A DNA stretch of 64,000 nt from Alphaproteobacteria bacterium (GCA_965205265.1 CBDBGH010000003.1:960001-1024000), one strand, 5' to 3'; counted from the stretch's first letter, positions 50,287 through 62,104 are shown. Numbers and translations are program-made. Notes: generated by a model not told the origin, from the letters alone.

Positions 50287-51407
50287 GGCAGCGACAGGGT
50301 CGCCGTGGCCTGGGCGGCAATGCCCTCGCCGCGCCCGGTGAAGCCCAGCTTCTCCGAAGTCGTGGCCTTGACGGAGACCCGGTCCACGGGAATGGCCAGG
50401 ATGCGCGCGAGTTCGGCGCGCATGGCGTCGCGGTGGGGGCCGATCCTCGGCGCCTCGCAGACCAGCGTGACGTCGCAATGCAGGATGCGACCGCCCCGGG
50501 CGGACGCCATGTCGCGCGCATGGGCGAGGAATATCTCCGAGGCCGCGCCGCGCCATTCGGGGTCGCCCGGCGGGAAATGCCGGCCGATATCGTCCTCTGC
50601 CAGTGCGCCGAGGATCGCGTCGGTGAGCGCGTGCATGCCGACATCGGCGTCGGAATGGCCGGCAAGCGTCCTGTCATGCGCAATGCGGACGCCGCAAAGG
50701 GTGACGCCGTCGCCGGACACCAGCCGGTGAACGTCGAAGCCATTGCCGGTGCGGATGTCCGGAGCCGAAAGCCGGGCCGCGTCGCCGGGTTCCGTGACCT
50801 TTTCGAGCCGGGCGTCGCCCGGCACCACGGCGACGGTGAGCCCGGCGGCCTCGGCGAGCGCCGTGTCGTCCGAAAACGCGCCGGAAGCGGCCTGCCGGTG
50901 GGCTTCGAGCAGGGCGGAGAACCGGAAGCCCTGGGGCGTCTGGATGCGCCAGAGGCCGTCTCGGGAGACGGTGCCGACGGACCGGCCGTCCTCCACCCGC
51001 TTGAGCGTGTCGGCGACGGGCAGGCCCGGCGCCGCCCCGTCATGCGTCTCCAGCGCCTCCATTATGCGCCGCACGACCGCCGGAGGCAGGTCCGGGCGCG
51101 CGGCATCGTGGACCAGCACATGCCCGGGCGGGTCGGCGGCCAGCGCCTCCAAGCCGTTGCGGACGCTCGCCTGGCGGTCCGGCCCGCCGAAGACCGGCGG
51201 CAGGAGGTCGAGGCCGGCGGTCGCCGCGCGGTAGCGCTCGGCGTCGTCGGGATGGATGACGCAGGCGACCGGCATGAAGGGGCGGAGCGCCATCGCCGCA
51301 GCGGCCAGAACCGTCCCGTCGCCCAAGGCCAGATACTGCTTGGGCTCCGGGCCGCCGAAGCGCGTTCCGCGGCCTGCCGCGACGATCAGGGCGATACGGT
51401 CCCGCAT
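50283..51407 (-). CDS. ispDF: Bifunctional IspD/IspF
   Basis: AAGRGTR..PKQY, VHDAARP, QTPQGF; GNGFDVH, GHSDADV, KATTSE.LGFTGR. Confidence 0.96.
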   Translation of the reverse strand: MRDRIALIVAAGRGTRFGGPEPKQYLALGDGTVLAAAAMALRPFMPVACVIHPDDAERYRAATAGLDLLPPVFGGPDRQASVRNGLEALAADPPGHVLVHDAARPDLPPAVVRRIMEALETHDGAAPGLPVADTLKRVEDGRSVGTVSRDGLWRIQTPQGFRFSALLEAHRQAASGAFSDDTALAEAAGLTVAVVPGDARLEKVTEPGDAARLSAPDIRTGNGFDVHRLVSGDGVTLCGVRIAHDRTLAGHSDADVGMHALTDAILGALAEDDIGRHFPPGDPEWRGAASEIFLAHARDMASARGGRILHCDVTLVCEAPRIGPHRDAMRAELARILAIPVDRVSVKATTSEKLGFTGRGEGIAAQATATLSLP

Positions 51408-51473
51408 GGCGGCCAAGCATATTTCAGAACCGCGGCGACGGCGCAACGGGTCTCGATCGCCGCAATCCAGAGT

Positions 51474-51517
51474 TGATTATGAATTGGGCAATCGCTATTT
51501 CGGTCATAAAACGGGCA
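51474..51517. promoter_or_regulatory. Two putative NtrC-binding sites upstream of ntrB
   Basis: 17-mers TGATTATGAATTGGGCA and CGGTCATAAAACGGGCA, with AT-rich cores and GGGCA right halves. Confidence 0.5.
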
Positions 51518-51529
51518 ATTCGAGTTGCC

Positions 51530-52606
51530 ATGACAGATGCAGCGGCAATAATTTCCGCCCTGAGCGCAGCGGTGCTCACGGTGGACCGGACCGGGACCGT
51601 CACCTCCTTCAACCCGGCCGCCGAGGTCCTGCTGAACACAGGGGCGCCGCAGGCGCTGGGGCAGCCTCTCGGCCGGATCCTGCCGGAGGACCACCCGCTG
51701 TTCGGCATGATCGAAACCGTGCGCGAGCAGGGCGTCAACCTCACGGAATACGAGGTTTCCATCGAGACGCCGCGCGTGAAGCTGCCCGTGGCGGTCGCGC
51801 AACTGTCTCCCGTTGCCGAGGAGGCCGGCGCCGTGGCGGTCATGCTCGTGCCGATGACGCTTGCCCGCGAGATCGACAGGCACCTCGTGCATCGGGGCGC
51901 GGCGCGGTCGGTCGGCGGCATGGCGGCCATGCTCGCCCACGAGATCAAGAACCCGCTTGCCGGAATCCGGGGCGCCGCCCAGCTTATCGAGGCGAATGTC
52001 GATACGGGCGACAGGGAGCTGGCGGCGCTCATCCGCGAGGAGGCGGACCGGGTGGCGGCGCTGGTCAACCGCATGGAGGCGTTCGCCGGGCCCGACGGGC
52101 TCGAACGCAAGCCGGTCAATATCCATGAAGTCCTGAAACGGGTGCGGAAGGTTTCCGAGACGGGATTCGCATCGAAGGTGGCCTTCGTGGAGGAATACGA
52201 CCCCTCGCTGCCGCCGGTCCCGGGCGACCATGACCGGCTGGTGCAGGTTTTTCTCAACCTCGTGAAGAACGCCGCCGAAGCCTGCCCCGAAGACGGCGGG
52301 GAAATCCTGTTGCGCACCGTCTATCGCCACGGCGAAAGGCTCGCGGTTTCCGGGAGCGGCAGGCGCATACACCTGCCGCTCGAGGTTGCCGTGCAGGACA
52401 ATGGCCGCGGCATTCCGGAGGAGTTGCACAGGACGCTGTTCGACCCCTTTGTGAGCGGCAAGCAGGGCGGGCAGGGGCTCGGCCTCTCGCTCGTCGCCAA
52501 GATCGTGGACGACCATGCGGGAGCGGTGGCTTTCGAAAGCGAGCCCCGGCGCACTGTCTTTCGCGTCCTGCTGCCTGTAGATACCGAGGAAGGAGGTGTG
52601 CGGTGA
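51530..52606 (+). CDS. ntrB: Sensor histidine kinase NtrB
   Basis: [39 protein letters not shown]. Confidence 0.94.
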   Translation: MTDAAAIISALSAAVLTVDRTGTVTSFNPAAEVLLNTGAPQALGQPLGRILPEDHPLFGMIETVREQGVNLTEYEVSIETPRVKLPVAVAQLSPVAEEAGAVAVMLVPMTLAREIDRHLVHRGAARSVGGMAAMLAHEIKNPLAGIRGAAQLIEANVDTGDRELAALIREEADRVAALVNRMEAFAGPDGLERKPVNIHEVLKRVRKVSETGFASKVAFVEEYDPSLPPVPGDHDRLVQVFLNLVKNAAEACPEDGGEILLRTVYRHGERLAVSGSGRRIHLPLEVAVQDNGRGIPEELHRTLFDPFVSGKQGGQGLGLSLVAKIVDDHAGAVAFESEPRRTVFRVLLPVDTEEGGVR

Positions 52607-54051
52607 GCGCCACCGTTCTTGTCGCCGACGACGACCGCGCCGTGCGCACCGTGCTGAGCCATGCGCTCGGACGGGCCGGCTACGAGGTGAAGGCAACCAG
52701 CAATGCGGCCACCCTCTGGCACTGGGTGCAGGACGGCGAGGGAGACCTGGTGATTACCGATGTGGTGATGCCGGACGAGAACGGCCTCGACCTGGTGCCC
52801 CGGATCCGCCGGCGGAGGCCGGAGCTGCGCGTCATCGTGATGAGCGCCAGATCCACCCTGCAGACCGCCGTCAAGGCGGCGGAGCGCGGCGCGTTCGAGT
52901 ATCTGCCGAAGCCTTTCGACATTGCCGAGTTGATCGGTATCGTGCAGCGCGCGCTGAGCGTCCCGCTGGCCGACCCGCCCGTCGAGCGGGAGGAGGACGA
53001 GACCGGCCGCCTGCCGTTGATCGGCCGTTCGGCGGCCATGCAGGAAATCTACCGGGTGGTCGCGCGGCTGGTCGGCGTGGACCTCACGGTGACGATTACC
53101 GGCGAGTCGGGCACGGGAAAGGAACTCATCGCACGGGCGCTGCACGACTACGGAACCCGGCGCAACGGGCCGTTCGTCGCCATCAATATGGCGGCAATCC
53201 CGAAGGACCTCATAGAGGCCGAACTGTTCGGGCATGAGCGCGGGGCCTTCACAGGCGCCTCGCAGCGCATGGCCGGGCGCTTCGAGCAGGCGGAAGGCGG
53301 TACGCTCTTCCTCGACGAGATCGGCGACATGCCGATGGAAGCGCAGACCCGGCTTCTGCGCGTGCTGCAGGAGGGCGAATACACCCGGGTCGGCGGCCGG
53401 CAGCCGCTCCGCGCCAATGTCCGCATCGTGGCCGCCACCCACCGCGACCTGCGCCTCGCCATCCGGCAGGGCCTGTTCCGCGAAGACCTCTTCTACCGGC
53501 TGAACGTGGTGCCGCTGCGTGTGCCGCCGCTGCGCCATCGCCGCGAGGACATTGCGGAACTCGTGGCCCATTTCCTGTCCGTCGCGCGCCGCGAGGGCCT
53601 CGGCGCCAAGACGATCGACAGCGAAGCGATGCGCCGCCTGCGCGCCTATTCCTGGCCCGGCAATGTCCGAGAGCTTGAAAACCTGATCAGGCGGATTGCC
53701 GCCCTTTATCCCCAGGACACGGTCGGCATCGACATCGTGGAGGCGGAGCTCGCCGAGATTGCCGAAGAGGCTTCGGACGAGCTTCCTGCGCGCACGGAAC
53801 GGGCCGAGTCGCTCGGCGAGGCGGTGGACATCCACCTGCGCCGGCACTTCGCGCTCGACGGCGACAGCCTTCCGGAGCCGGGCCTCTACGAACGCATCGT
53901 CCGTGAAGTGGAGCGTCCGCTGATCCAGCATTGCCTGGCGGCGACGAACGGCAACCAGATCAGGTCCGCGGAGATTCTCGGCCTCAACCGGAATACGTTG
54001 CGCAAGAAGATCCGGTATCTCGAAATTCCGGTGGTTCGCGGTTTGCGCTGA
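52603..54051 (+). CDS. ntrC: Response regulator NtrC
   Basis: [34 protein letters not shown]. Confidence 0.95.
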   Translation: MSATVLVADDDRAVRTVLSHALGRAGYEVKATSNAATLWHWVQDGEGDLVITDVVMPDENGLDLVPRIRRRRPELRVIVMSARSTLQTAVKAAERGAFEYLPKPFDIAELIGIVQRALSVPLADPPVEREEDETGRLPLIGRSAAMQEIYRVVARLVGVDLTVTITGESGTGKELIARALHDYGTRRNGPFVAINMAAIPKDLIEAELFGHERGAFTGASQRMAGRFEQAEGGTLFLDEIGDMPMEAQTRLLRVLQEGEYTRVGGRQPLRANVRIVAATHRDLRLAIRQGLFREDLFYRLNVVPLRVPPLRHRREDIAELVAHFLSVARREGLGAKTIDSEAMRRLRAYSWPGNVRELENLIRRIAALYPQDTVGIDIVEAELAEIAEEASDELPARTERAESLGEAVDIHLRRHFALDGDSLPEPGLYERIVREVERPLIQHCLAATNGNQIRSAEILGLNRNTLRKKIRYLEIPVVRGLR

Positions 54052-56240
54052 TGGCGGCGCGCTTCGAGAGCCTGTCGGCGGTGCGGAGATGGGCGGCGTT
54101 CGCCTTCGCCGGCCTCGCGGCGTTTTCCGGCGTGCTCACCTATCTGGCGATGACCGGCGCGGTGCCCTTCATCCCGCCGACCGTGGACAATGTCGTCATC
54201 CTGCTGGTTGTCGATCTCGTCCTGCTGGTCCTGCTGGCGACGGTTGTCGGATACCGGATGGCGGCGCTGTGGAGGGAACGCCGCCGCCGCCGCGGGGGCT
54301 CCCAGCTCCATGTGCGCCTTGCTGTGCTGTTCACCGCAGTCGCGCTGGTGCCGACCGTGCTCGTCGCATTGTTTACCGTGCTCTTTTTCGACTACGGCCT
54401 GCACGGATGGTTCAGCCAGCGGGTGCAGACAGCTCTCGACCGCTCGCTCGCGGTTGCCGAGGCTTATGTGGAAGAACACAGGCGCGTGCTCGTTTCCGAC
54501 GCGCTCGCCATGGCGAACGATCTGAGCCGCGGCGGTCCGTTGCTGTTTGCCAACACACGGGCCCTCGAGAACGTCCTCGAATCGCAGGCCAGCGCGAGGT
54601 CTCTCTCCGACGCCCAGGTCGTCCAGGCCGGAGGACGGGTGCTGGCGCGCTCGATGTTTTCGTTCGGCGTGGTCTTTTCGCCGGTGCCCGAATGGGCGCT
54701 GGAGGCAGCCCGGCGCGGCGAGGTCGCCATTCTGGAAGACAGGGACGGAGACCGGCTCGGCGCTCTGCTGCGCATTGCCGGCCTCGAGGAGACGTTCCTC
54801 TATATCGGGCGGTTTGTGGACCCCATCGTGGTCAACCAGGTCACGCGGGTGCGCTCGGCCGTGGCGGAATACGAGTCCTTCGAGGGACAGCGCACCACGA
54901 TCGAATACACGTTCGCGATGATGTTCGCGACGGTGGCCGCCCTGTTCGTGTTCGCCGCGATCTGGGTAGGGTTCAACATGGCCGCACAACTGGCGGAGCC
55001 GATCATGAACCTCATCTTGGCAGCCAACCAGGTGCGGGGCGGAGACCTCACCGCGCGGGTGCAGGTAGGCACGAGGGAAGGCGGCGAGATCGATGCGCTG
55101 AGCCGGGCCTTCAACCGCATGACCGATCAGCTGAGCCGCCAAAGGACCGCGCTCATCGATGCGAATCTCGAGCTGGACGAACGGCGGCGGTTTACGGAAG
55201 CCGTTCTGGCCGGCGTTGCGGTCGGCGTGGTCGGGCTGGATGCGGAACGCCGGGTGCATCTGCCCAACAGGGTCGCCTCCGACCTGCTGGGCATGGACCT
55301 GATGGAGCATCTCGACCGCCCGCTGATCGACGTTGTGCCCGCGTTCGGGGCCGCTCTGGAAGAGGCGGCCCGGCGGCCCGACCGGTCTGTCGAAGCCGAG
55401 GTTGCGATAGAGCGCAACCGGGAGTTGCGCACCTTCCAGCTCCGCGTCACCGCCGAGCCTTCGCCCGATGGGCTGGGCGGCTTTGTGCTCACATTCGCGG
55501 ACATTACCGACCTGCAGTCCGCGCAGCGCATGGCCGCGTGGTCCGACGTTGCGCGCCGCATCGCCCATGAGATCAAGAATCCGCTGACGCCCATCCAGCT
55601 CGCCGCGGAACGCCTCCGCCGGCGCTACGCCAAGGAGATCGAGAACGATCCCGAAACCTTCTCGCTGTGCATCGACACCATTGTGCGCCAGGTGGACGAC
55701 ATGCGCCGGATGGTCGATGAATTCGCGTCCTTCGCCCGCATGCCGGCTCCCGCGCCGGCGGAAGCCGACCTCGCCGACATCGTCCGCCGGGCGGTCTTCC
55801 TGCAAAGGCAAGCCGCCGCCGGGCTCGATATCCAGATGCGCCTGCCCGACGGTCCCGTCCTGCAGGTCTGCGATGCGCAATTGCTCGGCCAGGCCTTGAC
55901 CAACCTTCTGCTGAACGCGATTCAGGCGCTCGAAGGCAGCGGCGGCGGCCGCATCCTTGTGGCACTCTGCGAGTCGCCCGGGCAGACCGAGATATCGGTA
56001 GAGGATGACGGGCCCGGCTTTCCCGCGGAGTTGCGCCACCGGTTGACCGAGCCCTATGTCACGACCAAGGGACGGCGGGGCGCGGGCCTCGGACTTGCCA
56101 TCGTCCAGAAGATCGTCGAGGATCAGGACGCGGCGCTTCATCTGGAGGATGGCGAGGCCGGCGGCGCCCGCGCGCGGATCGTTTTCCGGCGCGGAGAGGC
56201 CGCTCCGGAGCCGGAACGGGGCCGACACCACGATGCATGA
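54051..56240 (+). CDS. ntrY: Sensor kinase NtrY
   Basis: TM helices, [36 protein letters not shown]. Confidence 0.94.
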   Translation: MAARFESLSAVRRWAAFAFAGLAAFSGVLTYLAMTGAVPFIPPTVDNVVILLVVDLVLLVLLATVVGYRMAALWRERRRRRGGSQLHVRLAVLFTAVALVPTVLVALFTVLFFDYGLHGWFSQRVQTALDRSLAVAEAYVEEHRRVLVSDALAMANDLSRGGPLLFANTRALENVLESQASARSLSDAQVVQAGGRVLARSMFSFGVVFSPVPEWALEAARRGEVAILEDRDGDRLGALLRIAGLEETFLYIGRFVDPIVVNQVTRVRSAVAEYESFEGQRTTIEYTFAMMFATVAALFVFAAIWVGFNMAAQLAEPIMNLILAANQVRGGDLTARVQVGTREGGEIDALSRAFNRMTDQLSRQRTALIDANLELDERRRFTEAVLAGVAVGVVGLDAERRVHLPNRVASDLLGMDLMEHLDRPLIDVVPAFGAALEEAARRPDRSVEAEVAIERNRELRTFQLRVTAEPSPDGLGGFVLTFADITDLQSAQRMAAWSDVARRIAHEIKNPLTPIQLAAERLRRRYAKEIENDPETFSLCIDTIVRQVDDMRRMVDEFASFARMPAPAPAEADLADIVRRAVFLQRQAAAGLDIQMRLPDGPVLQVCDAQLLGQALTNLLLNAIQALEGSGGGRILVALCESPGQTEISVEDDGPGFPAELRHRLTEPYVTTKGRRGAGLGLAIVQKIVEDQDAALHLEDGEAGGARARIVFRRGEAAPEPERGRHHDA

Positions 56241-57615
56241 CATCCTGATTGTCGATGATGAGCAAGACATCCGGCAACTGATTACCGGTGTGCTCGAAGA
56301 CGAAGGTTTCGAAGCGCGCAGCGCCAGCAACAGCGACAGGGCGCTGGAAGAGTTGCAGAAGCGCCAGCCCAGCGTGCTGCTGCTCGATGTGTGGCTTGAG
56401 GGCAGTCGTCTGAGCGGCATGGACCTGCTGCGCCATGTGCGCAACCGGCATCCGGACCTGCCCGTGCTGATGATCAGCGGCCACGGCAGCATCGAGACCG
56501 CCGTCGCGGCGATCCGGGACGGCGCCTACGATTTCGTCGAGAAGCCGTTCACCACCGACAGGATCCTGCTCGCAATCTCGCGCGCGATGGAGGCGTTCCG
56601 CCTGCGTCGCGAGAATGCCGAACTTCGGCTTCATACCGGCGCCGCGACGGAGTTGATCGGACGGTCTCTCGAGATGTCACAGACGCGCGGCCTGATCGAG
56701 CGCGTCGCGCCGACCGGCAGCCGCATCCTTATCCAGGGCCCGCCGGGCAGCGGCAAGGAGGTGGCCGCGCGGATGATCCATCGCTGCTCGCGCCGCAGCG
56801 AAGGGCCTTTCGTCGTGGCCAATTGCGCCATCATGGCCCCGTCGCGGCTCGAAGAAGAACTGTTCGGGAGCGAGGAGGGTGCCGGCAAGACCGGCCTGCT
56901 GGAGCGCGCCCATGGCGGCACCCTGCTGCTGGACGAGATTGCCGACATGCCGCCCGAGACCCAGGGAAAGATAGTCCGCGTTCTCCAGGAACAGACATTC
57001 CTGCGTGTCGGGGGAGCGCAAAGGGTCAGCGTCGATGTGCGCGTCATCGCCACCTCCAACCGCGACCTCGCCGCGGAGGTGGCGCAGGGACGATTGCGGC
57101 AGGACCTGTTCTATCGGCTCAACGTCGTGCCGCTGGAGATGGCGCCCCTGCGCCGGCGCCGGGAGGACATTCCCCTCCTCGTCAACCACTTTCTGCAAAG
57201 ATACGCCATGCAGGCCGGCATCAACCCGCCTGAGGTCGCCGAGGACGCGATGGCGGTGCTGCAGGCCTATGACTGGCCGGGAAATGTCCGCGAGTTGCGC
57301 AATATCGTGGAACGGCTGTCGATTCTGGCGCCGGGCGAGAGCGCCGCAACGCTCCGCGCCAGCGCGCTTCCGCCGGAACTCTGCAAGGATGCACCCGTCA
57401 TCTCGCATTTCGAAAAGGGCGACGCGATGATGTCCCTGCCGCTGCGGGAGGCGCGCGACATGTTCGAACGCGAATATCTGCTCGCCCAGATGCGCCGGTT
57501 CGGCAACAATATTTCCCAAACGGCGCAATTCATCGGCATGGACCGCTCGACCCTGCACCGCAAGATCAAGACATTCAGCGCTCCGCTCGCCGGCGAGCGG
57601 AACCGGCCCGTCTAG
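56233..57615 (+). CDS. ntrX: Response regulator NtrX
   Basis: ILIVDDE.DIR, ISGHG, AAA+ domain lacking GAFTGA, IGMDRSTLHRK. Confidence 0.93.
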   Translation: MHDILIVDDEQDIRQLITGVLEDEGFEARSASNSDRALEELQKRQPSVLLLDVWLEGSRLSGMDLLRHVRNRHPDLPVLMISGHGSIETAVAAIRDGAYDFVEKPFTTDRILLAISRAMEAFRLRRENAELRLHTGAATELIGRSLEMSQTRGLIERVAPTGSRILIQGPPGSGKEVAARMIHRCSRRSEGPFVVANCAIMAPSRLEEELFGSEEGAGKTGLLERAHGGTLLLDEIADMPPETQGKIVRVLQEQTFLRVGGAQRVSVDVRVIATSNRDLAAEVAQGRLRQDLFYRLNVVPLEMAPLRRRREDIPLLVNHFLQRYAMQAGINPPEVAEDAMAVLQAYDWPGNVRELRNIVERLSILAPGESAATLRASALPPELCKDAPVISHFEKGDAMMSLPLREARDMFEREYLLAQMRRFGNNISQTAQFIGMDRSTLHRKIKTFSAPLAGERNRPV

Positions 57616-57626
57616 CGGCGCGGGCC

Positions 57627-59003
57627 ATGCGCGTAATCGTTTGCGGCGCCGGCCAGGTCGGCATCAATATCGCCCGCTATCTGGCGGCCGAGCGCAACGA
57701 CGTCACCGTGGTGGACCAGTCTTCGGAACTGATCGAGCAGCTGGCGGAAACCCTCGATATACGGGCGCTCGCCGGCCATGCCTCCAGTCCCGACGTGCTG
57801 GCCCGGGCCGGCGCGGAAGATGCGGACATGCTGATTGCGGTCACGCTCGTCGATGAGATCAACATGATTGCGTGCCAGGTTGCGCACTCGCTGTTCAACA
57901 TTCCGACGAAGATCGCCCGTATCCGCCGCCCGTCCTATCTCGACGGCCACTGGGCCGACCTGTTCGCGCGGGAGGGGATGCCGATCGACACGATCATCTC
58001 TCCCGAGCGCGAGGTTGCGAGCGCGATCATGCGCAGACTGTCCCGGCCGGGCGCGACGGAAATGATCCCGTTTGCGGACGGGCGGGTCCGCCTGATCGGG
58101 GTGCGCCTCGACGACAACTGCCCGATCGTCAATACGCCGCTGCGGCAGCTGACGGCGCTGTTTCCGGACCTGAACATCAATGTCGTCGGCATTATCCGCG
58201 GAGAACGGAAATTCGTTCCCAAGGCGCGCGACCAGATGCTGGTCGGGGACGAAGTCTATTTCGTCGTGGACAACGCCCATGTGACGCGCGCGATGGCGGC
58301 ATTCGGCCACGAGGAACGGGAGGCCGAGCGCGCGGTCATAATCGGGGGCGGCAATATCGGGCACCGGCTTGCGAGCCTGATCGAGGAGGAGTTGCCGCAT
58401 GTGCGCCTGCGCCTGATCGAGCGCGACCGCGAAAAGGCTGCGGAACTCACCGATACCTTGCGGCGGACCACCGTATTGCAGGGCGATGCGCTCTCCGAGG
58501 ACCTTCTGGAGGAGGCCAATTTCGAAAATGCGGATCTGACGATTGCGCTGACGGACGACGACGAGACCAACATCCTGGCTTCGCTGCTGGCGAAGCGGGC
58601 CGGGTCGTCGCGCACGGTCGCGCTCATAAACAAGTCCGCCTACGGCGCGCTCATAAGCCCGCTCGACATAGACGTCGTCATCAATCCCCGGGCGATCACC
58701 GTGTCCCAGATCCTGCAGCATGTGCGCCGCGGGCGGATCCTGGCGGCCTTTTCCATCGGGGACGATTTCGGCGAGGCGCTGGAGGTTGAAATCCTCGAAA
58801 CCTCAGCGGTGGCGGACAAGGACTTGAGGGTGCTCAAGATGCCGGCCGGCTCCATCCTGGGAGCCATTCTGCGCGGCGACGAAGTCGTGATCCCGCGCGG
58901 GCGCACCATGATCCGCGCCGGAGACCGGGTCGTGCTGTTTTCCATGGCCGGCGTGCTCAAACGGGTCGAGCAGATGTTCGCCGTGCGCCTCGAATTCTTC
59001 TAG
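57627..59003 (+). CDS. trkA: Trk potassium uptake regulatory protein
   Basis: GAGQVG, DEINM.ACQ, ISPE, GGGNIG, DDETNI. Confidence 0.95.
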   Translation: MRVIVCGAGQVGINIARYLAAERNDVTVVDQSSELIEQLAETLDIRALAGHASSPDVLARAGAEDADMLIAVTLVDEINMIACQVAHSLFNIPTKIARIRRPSYLDGHWADLFAREGMPIDTIISPEREVASAIMRRLSRPGATEMIPFADGRVRLIGVRLDDNCPIVNTPLRQLTALFPDLNINVVGIIRGERKFVPKARDQMLVGDEVYFVVDNAHVTRAMAAFGHEEREAERAVIIGGGNIGHRLASLIEEELPHVRLRLIERDREKAAELTDTLRRTTVLQGDALSEDLLEEANFENADLTIALTDDDETNILASLLAKRAGSSRTVALINKSAYGALISPLDIDVVINPRAITVSQILQHVRRGRILAAFSIGDDFGEALEVEILETSAVADKDLRVLKMPAGSILGAILRGDEVVIPRGRTMIRAGDRVVLFSMAGVLKRVEQMFAVRLEFF

Positions 59004-59023
59004 AGACAGGGAAGGGAATCCGC

Positions 59024-59887
59024 TTGGCCAGAATCGCTTATGTCAACGGCCGCTATGTGCCTCATCGCGAGGCGGCGGTGCATGTGGAGGACCGGGGCTA
59101 CCAGTTCGCCGACGGCGTTTACGAAGTCATCACCGTGCGGGCCGGCGGGTTCGTCGATGCCGGACCGCATCTCGACCGGCTGGACCGTTCGCTCGGCGAG
59201 TTGCGGATCGCGCCGCCCATGGACCGCTCGGCCCTGCATCATGTGTTGCGCGAGGTAAGGCGCCGCAACCGCATAACGGACGGCATTGTCTATCTTCAGG
59301 CAACGCGCGGCGTGGCGCGCCGCGACCACCCGTTTCCGGCTGAGGCGGAAACCGCGCTGGTGGTGACCGGCAGCCGCAGGCCGCCCCCGAATCCCGGAAT
59401 ACTGGAAACCGGGGTCGATGCCGTCTCGGTGCCGGACAATCGCTGGAAACGCTGCGACATTAAGTCGGTCTCGCTGCTGCCCAACATCCTGGCCAAGCAG
59501 ACCGCCCGGGAAGCCGGCGCCTATGAGGCCGTGTTCGTGGACGAGGAGGGCTTCGTCACCGAGGGCGCCTCGACCAATGTCTGGATCGTGACCTCCGGCG
59601 GCGAACTGCTGACCAGGGAGCTCGACCACGGGATTCTGGCGGGCGTCACGCGCGGCACCGTCGTGAAACTGGCCGAACGCCTCGGCCTTTCCTTCGCCGA
59701 GCGCCGCTTCACCATCGATGAGGCCAGGCGCGCCCGCGAAGCCTTCGTGACCAGCGCGACCTCCTTTGTGACCCCGGTTGTGCGTATCGACGAGGCGGTT
59801 ATCGGCAATGGCAGGCCCGGCTCGACCGCCCACGCCCTGTTCGAGGTCTATGCGCGCTACATGGAGGAGGGAGACGCCGCTGCATGA
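59024..59887 (+). CDS. dat: D-amino acid aminotransferase (PLP class IV)
   Basis: TTG start; EDRGYQFADGVYE, DIKSVSLLPN, TEG.STN, ILAGVTR. Confidence 0.9.
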   Translation: MARIAYVNGRYVPHREAAVHVEDRGYQFADGVYEVITVRAGGFVDAGPHLDRLDRSLGELRIAPPMDRSALHHVLREVRRRNRITDGIVYLQATRGVARRDHPFPAEAETALVVTGSRRPPPNPGILETGVDAVSVPDNRWKRCDIKSVSLLPNILAKQTAREAGAYEAVFVDEEGFVTEGASTNVWIVTSGGELLTRELDHGILAGVTRGTVVKLAERLGLSFAERRFTIDEARRAREAFVTSATSFVTPVVRIDEAVIGNGRPGSTAHALFEVYARYMEEGDAAA

Positions 59888-60516
59888 CCCGTCCCGTCGT
59901 CCTCTTCGACTGGGACGGGACGCTGGTGGACAATTGGCCGGTCATCCATGAGGCGCTCGTGGTCACGCGCAACTCGTTCGGCCTGCCTTGCTGGAGCTTC
60001 GGCGAGACCCTGCGGCACGTCTCCCGGTCGGGACGCGAGAGCTTCCCGAAGATGTTCGGCGAAAACTGGCGGCAGGCGAGCGACATGTTCTACGCCGCCT
60101 TCGAAGCCCGGCACCTGGACGCGCTCACGCTCCTGCCCGGCGCCGAAGCCTGTCTGGACCGTCTGGAAGCCGCCGGATTTGCCCTCGCGGTCGTGTCCAA
60201 CAAAAAGGGCGTCTATCTTCGGCGCGAGGCGGACCGCCTCGGCTGGACCGGCCGCTTCGAGGCGCTCGTCGGGGCGGGGGACGCATGCCGCGACAAGCCG
60301 GATGCCGCGCCTGTCCGGATGGCTCTGGGCGGGCTGGCGGGACAATGGCTGGTCGGGGATTCGGACACCGACATCCGCACAGCGCGCAATGCCGGACTGC
60401 GTTCGGCAATCGTGCCTTATGCCGGCGGCCCCGAACCCGGACCGGGTGCAGACGCGCGCTGCGACAGTCTGGCCGCGATCCCGGACCTTGTCGCGTTCTC
60501 GGATCGTATCAATTAG
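59884..60516 (+). CDS. HAD-family phosphatase (Gph-like)
   Basis: [20 protein letters not shown]. Confidence 0.88.
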   Translation: MTRPVVLFDWDGTLVDNWPVIHEALVVTRNSFGLPCWSFGETLRHVSRSGRESFPKMFGENWRQASDMFYAAFEARHLDALTLLPGAEACLDRLEAAGFALAVVSNKKGVYLRREADRLGWTGRFEALVGAGDACRDKPDAAPVRMALGGLAGQWLVGDSDTDIRTARNAGLRSAIVPYAGGPEPGPGADARCDSLAAIPDLVAFSDRIN

Positions 60517-60590
60517 GAAAGGGGAGGAAGCTGCCTCGATCCCGGCAATGGCCGGGCAGCCTTCCCAGCGCGGATCCGGGGTCAATATCG

Positions 60591-60839
60591 ATGTCGTCTG
60601 CCCAGAAAAGCAGGAACCTTCAGGACCAGTTCCTCAATCACATCAGGAAGGCGAAGGCGCCGGTCACGGTGTTCCTCGTCAACGGCGTCAAATTGCAGGG
60701 CCTGGTGGTTTCGTTCGACAATTTCTCGGTGCTGCTGCGCCGCGACGGCCATTCGCAACTGGTTTACAAGCACGCGATCTCGACCATCATGCCATCGACG
60801 CCGATCCAGCTCTTCGACCGCGAAGACGATCCCGCTTGA
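60591..60839 (+). CDS. hfq: RNA chaperone Hfq
   Basis: [32 protein letters not shown]. Confidence 0.97.
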   Translation: MSSAQKSRNLQDQFLNHIRKAKAPVTVFLVNGVKLQGLVVSFDNFSVLLRRDGHSQLVYKHAISTIMPSTPIQLFDREDDPA

Positions 60840-62104
60840 GCGAAGCCGCCCTCGTCCTCCACCCGGTTGTCCGCAGGGACGCGCTCAGAGCGCCCGAAGC
60901 GCGCCTTGCCGAGGCCGTCCGGCTGACCGAGTCCATCGGCGTGGAAGTTCCGGCGACACGCATCGTGCGCCTGGCCCGGCCCCGCCCGGCGACCCTGCTC
61001 GGCAACGGCGCGATCGACGATGTGAAGGATGCGCTGGCCGAGAAGGAAGCCGGCCTGGTCGTCGTGGACGGCGCGCTGACGCCGGTGCAGCAGCGCAATC
61101 TGGAGCGGGCCTGGGAAGCCAAGGTCATCGACCGCACGGGCCTTATTCTGGAGATATTCGGCGCCAGGGCGCGGACGCGGGAAGGCGTGTTGCAGGTGGA
61201 CCTGGCGGCGCTCAGCTACCAGCGCACCCGCCTTGTCCGTTCCTGGACGCATCTCGAGCGCCAGCGGGGCGGGGCGGGCTTTCTCGGCGGGCCGGGCGAG
61301 GCCCAGATCGAGATCGACCGCCGGCTGATCGACGAGAAGATCGTCAAGCTGAAGCGCGAGCTGGAAGACGTGCGCCGCACGCGCGGCATCCAGCGCCGCG
61401 CCCGCAGGCGGGTGCCGTTTCCGGTCGTCGCGCTGGTCGGATACACCAATGCCGGCAAATCCACCCTGTTCAACCGCCTGACGGGCAGCGGCGTTGTTGC
61501 GCAGGACCGGCTTTTCGCGACGCTGGACCCGACAATGCGCGGGCTCGACCTGCCATCCGGCCGGCGGGCCATCCTTTCCGACACGGTGGGGTTCATATCG
61601 GAGCTGCCGACGCAGCTCGTCGCCGCCTTCCGGGCGACCCTGGAAGAAGTGGTCGAGGCCGACCTGATCCTGCATGTCCGGGATATCGCCGACCCGGACA
61701 CCGCCGCGCAGAAGCACGATGTCGATCTCGTGCTGGACGAGCTGGACGCGCACATGACGCCGCGGCTCGAAGTGTGGAACAAGACAGACCTGCTGGATGC
61801 GCTGCCGGCGAATGGCGGCGGCATTCCGGTTTCGGCGGTGACCGGGGCGGGCGTCCGGGACCTGCTGCATGCGGTGGACGAAGAACTCTCGCGCTCCCGG
61901 ACGGTTTCGGAATTCGTCCTGCCGCCGGGTGACGGGGCCGCGATCGCCTGGCTTTACCGGCATGGCGATGTGCAGCAGCGCGCGGACAGCGACGACGGCG
62001 TGTCGTTGACGGTCGCGCTCGATCCGGCGGACCGGGCGCGGTTCGAGCAGCGGTTTCAGCCTGAGCGCAGCAGCCTCACCCCGGCGTCGCGCTCGAAAAG
62101 GTAG
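60836..62104 (+). CDS. hflX: Ribosome-splitting GTPase HflX
   Basis: [39 protein letters not shown]. Confidence 0.96.
   Translation: MSEAALVLHPVVRRDALRAPEARLAEAVRLTESIGVEVPATRIVRLARPRPATLLGNGAIDDVKDALAEKEAGLVVVDGALTPVQQRNLERAWEAKVIDRTGLILEIFGARARTREGVLQVDLAALSYQRTRLVRSWTHLERQRGGAGFLGGPGEAQIEIDRRLIDEKIVKLKRELEDVRRTRGIQRRARRRVPFPVVALVGYTNAGKSTLFNRLTGSGVVAQDRLFATLDPTMRGLDLPSGRRAILSDTVGFISELPTQLVAAFRATLEEVVEADLILHVRDIADPDTAAQKHDVDLVLDELDAHMTPRLEVWNKTDLLDALPANGGGIPVSAVTGAGVRDLLHAVDEELSRSRTVSEFVLPPGDGAAIAWLYRHGDVQQRADSDDGVSLTVALDPADRARFEQRFQPERSSLTPASRSKR

Noticed and set aside
56233-57615. NtrX lacking the GAFTGA motif
   Set aside because: Known property of alphaproteobacterial NtrX.
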